From Octopus sinensis (Eukaryota): a stretch of 64,000 bases of DNA. Numbering within the stretch: the stretch's first letter is position 1; each line of letters starts with the position of its first letter. Positions 60,088 through 64,000 of the stretch are shown one piece after another. The notes under the pieces were generated by a model. It was not told where the DNA came from. It saw only the letters and a list, made by a program, of their open reading frames with translations, and did not search any database. The stretch is taken from contig NC_042999.1 in assembly GCF_006345805.1 (NCBI RefSeq), positions 35,588,001 to 35,652,000 of the forward strand, written 5' to 3'. The position numbers and the translations under genes were made by a program.

Positions 60088-60785
60088 GTCAGTAAATTTA
60101 CAAATTATCTTGTTTTTCGCTTCAGGTAATGTCAATGTTATTGTTGTTTGCCTCTAATTAAGCCTAGCTCAGAGAAAGACAAGATCAAGTTAAATACCTC
60201 AGACTAGAATCGTTTTTTTCCCTTTTTTTCTCCACTCTACAAGCAAAGAATGTATAAACAACAGTGTTCACTCTGGGTAAAAAAATTACAACCAGGTTAG
60301 TTGCATGTAAAATTTCTCAAGTGCAGTTAGGTCTATGTCTTGAGAATTCATCATCATCATTTGGGTTGGACAGTTCAACCGGGGATCTGGGAAGCCAGAA
60401 GGCTGCACCAAGCTCCAGTCTTATCTGGCAATGTTTCTACAGCTGGATGCCCTTCCTAACGCCAACCACTCCATGAGTGTAGTGGGTGCTTTTTACGTGC
60501 CACCCGCACAGGTGCCAGGCGAGGCTGGCAATGGCCACGGTCGGATTGGTGCAATTTACGTGCCACCGGCACGAAGAAAAGCATGCTTAGATCAGAAAAG
60601 TGCTATATTTTAAAGTATACCACTAACTCTTTGGCTGAATTCACTGTTATGTCTGACCATGCTGTTAATATGTTCATACATGACATAAACCTTTGTTATA
60701 AGCCATCATTTATCTGCTCTTAATTTTCTCAGTCCCTACTAGACTCTTGAACAGGTGACTCTGATAGAGGTTTTCTTTGGGTTAA

Positions 60786-60992
60786 CCCTTTAGCATTTAA
60801 ACCAGCCATATCCGGCCAAAAGTATTCTGCCTGTTTTATGTTCAAACTGGCCACACCAACCCTACAATATCATTTTAAAAATTAACAGCTACCTCATCAA
60901 AATCTCATAGCTACAAGATAATGCACAATTAGTTCAAAACAATGTGGATAAAAAAGCATTAATTTTGGCAAAATAATGCGAACACTAAAGGG
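60786..60992. mobile_element. piggyBac-like MITE
   Basis: TTAA on both flanks; CCCTTTAG TIR. Confidence 0.8.
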
Positions 60993-61172
60993 TTAATAAA
61001 TGCAACTTGGTTAATTCTTTTGCTTTTTTTTTTTTTTTTTTTGTTCACCAGAATTATAACTCTTGTGGTTTCCCCCCCATCCTATCAGAAACTGCATCAT
61101 TTCCAAACTGTTTCTCTTTTGCAGTAACATTATTATAATTGTCTATTTAAATGACTCTGTAATTTTCAACAG

Positions 61173-61342
61173 AAGGAAAAAGAAAAAGAAATCGGCCGAA
61201 GACAGCTTGGGAAAGATGTCCAAAAACTTCGAAGGGGCCAAGTTGACCGAAGTTTGAAAGAGATGCAAGATGAAATCAAGAAGGAGAGAGAAGAAGACCG
61301 TCGAGCAAGACAACGCATCAAGGAAGAAATTGATCGGGACAG
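61173..61342 (+). CDS. UBXN4: UBXN4 exon 7, coiled coil (KEKEKEIGRRQLGKDVQKL...EREEDRRARQRIKEEIDRD-R); gene continues beyond the window
   Basis: ttttcaacag| and AG|gtaaaa; matches recalled KEIERRKTGKEM...EDRAARERIKQQIALDR. Confidence 0.92.
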
Positions 61343-64000
61343 GTAAAAAAGATTTCTAGTACATCAGGCTTCTTAGTAAAATAAGGGCTGTTTGAAATTT
61401 CATTTCACTCTGTTTCTGCTGTTCAAATTTAGTCTTTTGTATCATACTTATCCTTGTTTCCAACATGAATTTGATGGTTGAGGAAGATATTTTAATCATC
61501 ATCTTCAGCATCGTTTAGCGTCCGCTTTCCATGCTAGCATGGGTTGGACGGTTCAACTGGGGTCTGGGAAGCCAGAAGGCTGCACCAGGCCCAGTCTGAT
61601 CTGGCAATGTTTCTACGGCTGGACACCCTTCCTAACGCCAACCACTCCATGAGGAAATGCATATGGCATCTGGTAAAATAGCCATCACTAGGAATAAGGT
61701 AGAAGATTGTTCTAGTGACTAAGTATGATCCCTTAGCTTTTAGAATGGCCATATCTGGATGAAATATTCTTCTTGTTTTATGTTCAAACCAGCTATAGGC
61801 GCAGGAGTGGCTGTGTGGTAAGTAGCTTGTTTACCAACCACATGGTTCCGGGTTCAGTCCCACTGCGTGGCACCTTGGGCAAGTGTCTTCTGCTATAGTC
61901 TCGGGCTGACCAAAGCCTTGTGAGTGGATTTGGTAGATGGAAACTGAAAGAAGCCCGTCGTATATATGTATATATATATGCATGTGTGTGTGTGTTTGTG
62001 TGTCTGTGTTTGTCCCCCTAGCATTGCTTGACAACCGATGCTGGTGTGTTTACATCCCCGTCACTTAGCAGTTCGGCAAAAGAGACCGATAGAATAAGTA
62101 CTGGGCTTACAAAGAATAAGTCCCGGGGTCGATTTGCTCGACTAAAGGTGGTGCTCCAGCATGGCCGTAGTCAAATGACTGAAACAAGTAAAAGAGTAAT
62201 CACATCATCAAAAATTTCAAAGCTACAAGATAATGCATGATTAATTAAGAACTATGTGAATAAATAAGCATTACATTTGATAGATTAATCTAAATGCTTA
62301 TGGGTTTAGCTGCTGATCATCATCATCATCATCATCATCGTCGTTTAGCGTCCGTTTTCCATGCTAGCATGGGTTGGACGGTTCTACTGGGGTCTGTGAA
62401 GCCAGAAGGCTTCAGCAGGCCCAGTCAAATCTGGCAGTGTTTCTACGGCTGGATGCCCTTCCTAACGCCAACCACTCCGTGAGTGTAGTGGGTGCTTTTT
62501 ACGTGCCACCCGCACAGGTGCCAGACAGAGCTGGCAAACGGCCACGAACGGATGGTGCTTTTTATGTGCCACCGGCACAAGGGCCAGGCGAGGCTGGCAA
62601 TGGACACGAAACGGGGCGGTGCTGGCAACGGTCGCGAAACGGAAGGTTCTCTTACATGCCACTGGCACTGGTAACACATCTGCAATTTCCATTGATCGAT
62701 TTCCATTCTGATCATATGCAGGGTTAATAAATAGTCAGCAGGGAATAGTATTATACTCTTTACTCTTTTACATGTTTCAGTCATTTGACTGCAGCCATGC
62801 TGGAGCACCGCCTTTAGTCGAGGAAATAGACCCCAGGACTTTTTATTTGTTAGTCTAGTACTTATTCTATCGGTCTCTTTTGACGAACTGCTAAGTTACC
62901 GGGACGTAAACACACCAGCATTGGTTGTCAAGCGATGTTGAGAGTGGGGTGGGGAGACGAACACAGACACACAAACACACACACATACATATATATACGA
63001 CAGGCTTCTTTCAGTTTCCATCTACCAAATCCACTGACAAGGCTTTGGTCTGCCCGAGGCTATAGTAGAAGACACTTGCCCAAGGTGCCATGCAGTGGGA
63101 GTGAACCTGGAACCATGTGGTTGGTAAGCAAGCTACTTACCACACAACCACTCCTGCACCTATATTATGCTAATTAATGATGTTTGAAATGAACAGACAA
63201 TCAATTTTAGTTGATAGACAAGACCTTATATTACTGGTTCCAGTTAATGACTTTTAATATGTTGCAGCAAAGTATAAGTTAACATTGAACCTTGTCAACA
63301 ACTTAATTTTTTTTATTCTTGATATTTTTGTATGCACCTGTACAGGTGACACGTAAAAGACACCTGTGCCAGTGGCAATTAAAAGACACCTAGTACACTC
63401 TATGGGGTGGTTGACTTTAAGAAGGGCATCCAGCCATAAAAACCAAACCAAAACAGACTGGAGCCTGGTGCAGCTCACCAGTTCCATCAAACGTTCTTAC
63501 TTATGTCAGCATGAAAAATGGACACTAAATGATGAGTTGTTAATGGCCTTGATTATTATATGAATATACAACTATTTATCCCTCTTACTCAAACTTCTTG
63601 GGCAACATGTCTACTTAGAAACCACTTCAATATATCCTCCTATGGACTTTATGATAGTGTCAGATCAAATCAAGAATATAAGTACTAAAACACATGCACG
63701 TACATGTGTGTGTGTGAATATTTACTTAGTGTTCTCACCCTTGTCATTTCAAGCAATGATTATGTTTATGCATTTACATCCTCCTGTAAACGATATTTCA
63801 TGTAGCTCTGCAGTTTTATTTGATTTGGTGTGTGAAGACTAGTTCAATAAAAATACCTCGCTAATCTAACAGATAAGAGTTGGCAATAGGAAGGACATTG
63901 ACCATAGAGTGCTGTCTCAATAAGACTCTTCTAATCCATGCTAGTATGGAATAAGCTTTATATGCACTTTCTGACAAGTTGTGGTGCACCTGAGCACTGT

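Overview
Eukaryotic, AT-rich, repeat-saturated genomic DNA. The SINE/RTE/microsatellite landscape strongly suggests an octopus or other coleoid cephalopod (inference, not a database match). One host gene is well supported: the first seven coding exons of UBXN4 on the + strand (42002..61342). All introns are GT-AG, the phases are consistent, and the UBX domain lies beyond the window. Weak splice-signal evidence points to a further spliced transcript on the - strand in the first 17 kb. The rest is nested mobile DNA: two decayed hAT transposons (one with TIRs and an 8-bp TSD), RTE, RTEX and R4/Dong LINE fragments, more than 20 RTE 3'-tail copies, several tRNA-derived SINE families, Mariner/piggyBac/hAT-type MITEs and non-autonomous Helitrons. 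The two most unusual objects: (1) a truncated Penelope-like insertion whose inverted terminal repeats each carry a tRNA-like A/B-box module followed by a minimal hammerhead-ribozyme motif; (2) a GC-rich, ORF1-only zinc-knuckle retro-like element inserted in a SINE with a 9-bp TSD. Nearly all short ORFs in the supplied track are repeat artefacts. No CRISPR array, rRNA or true tRNA gene was seen. Repeat boundaries are hand-read and approximate unless a TSD or TIR is quoted.
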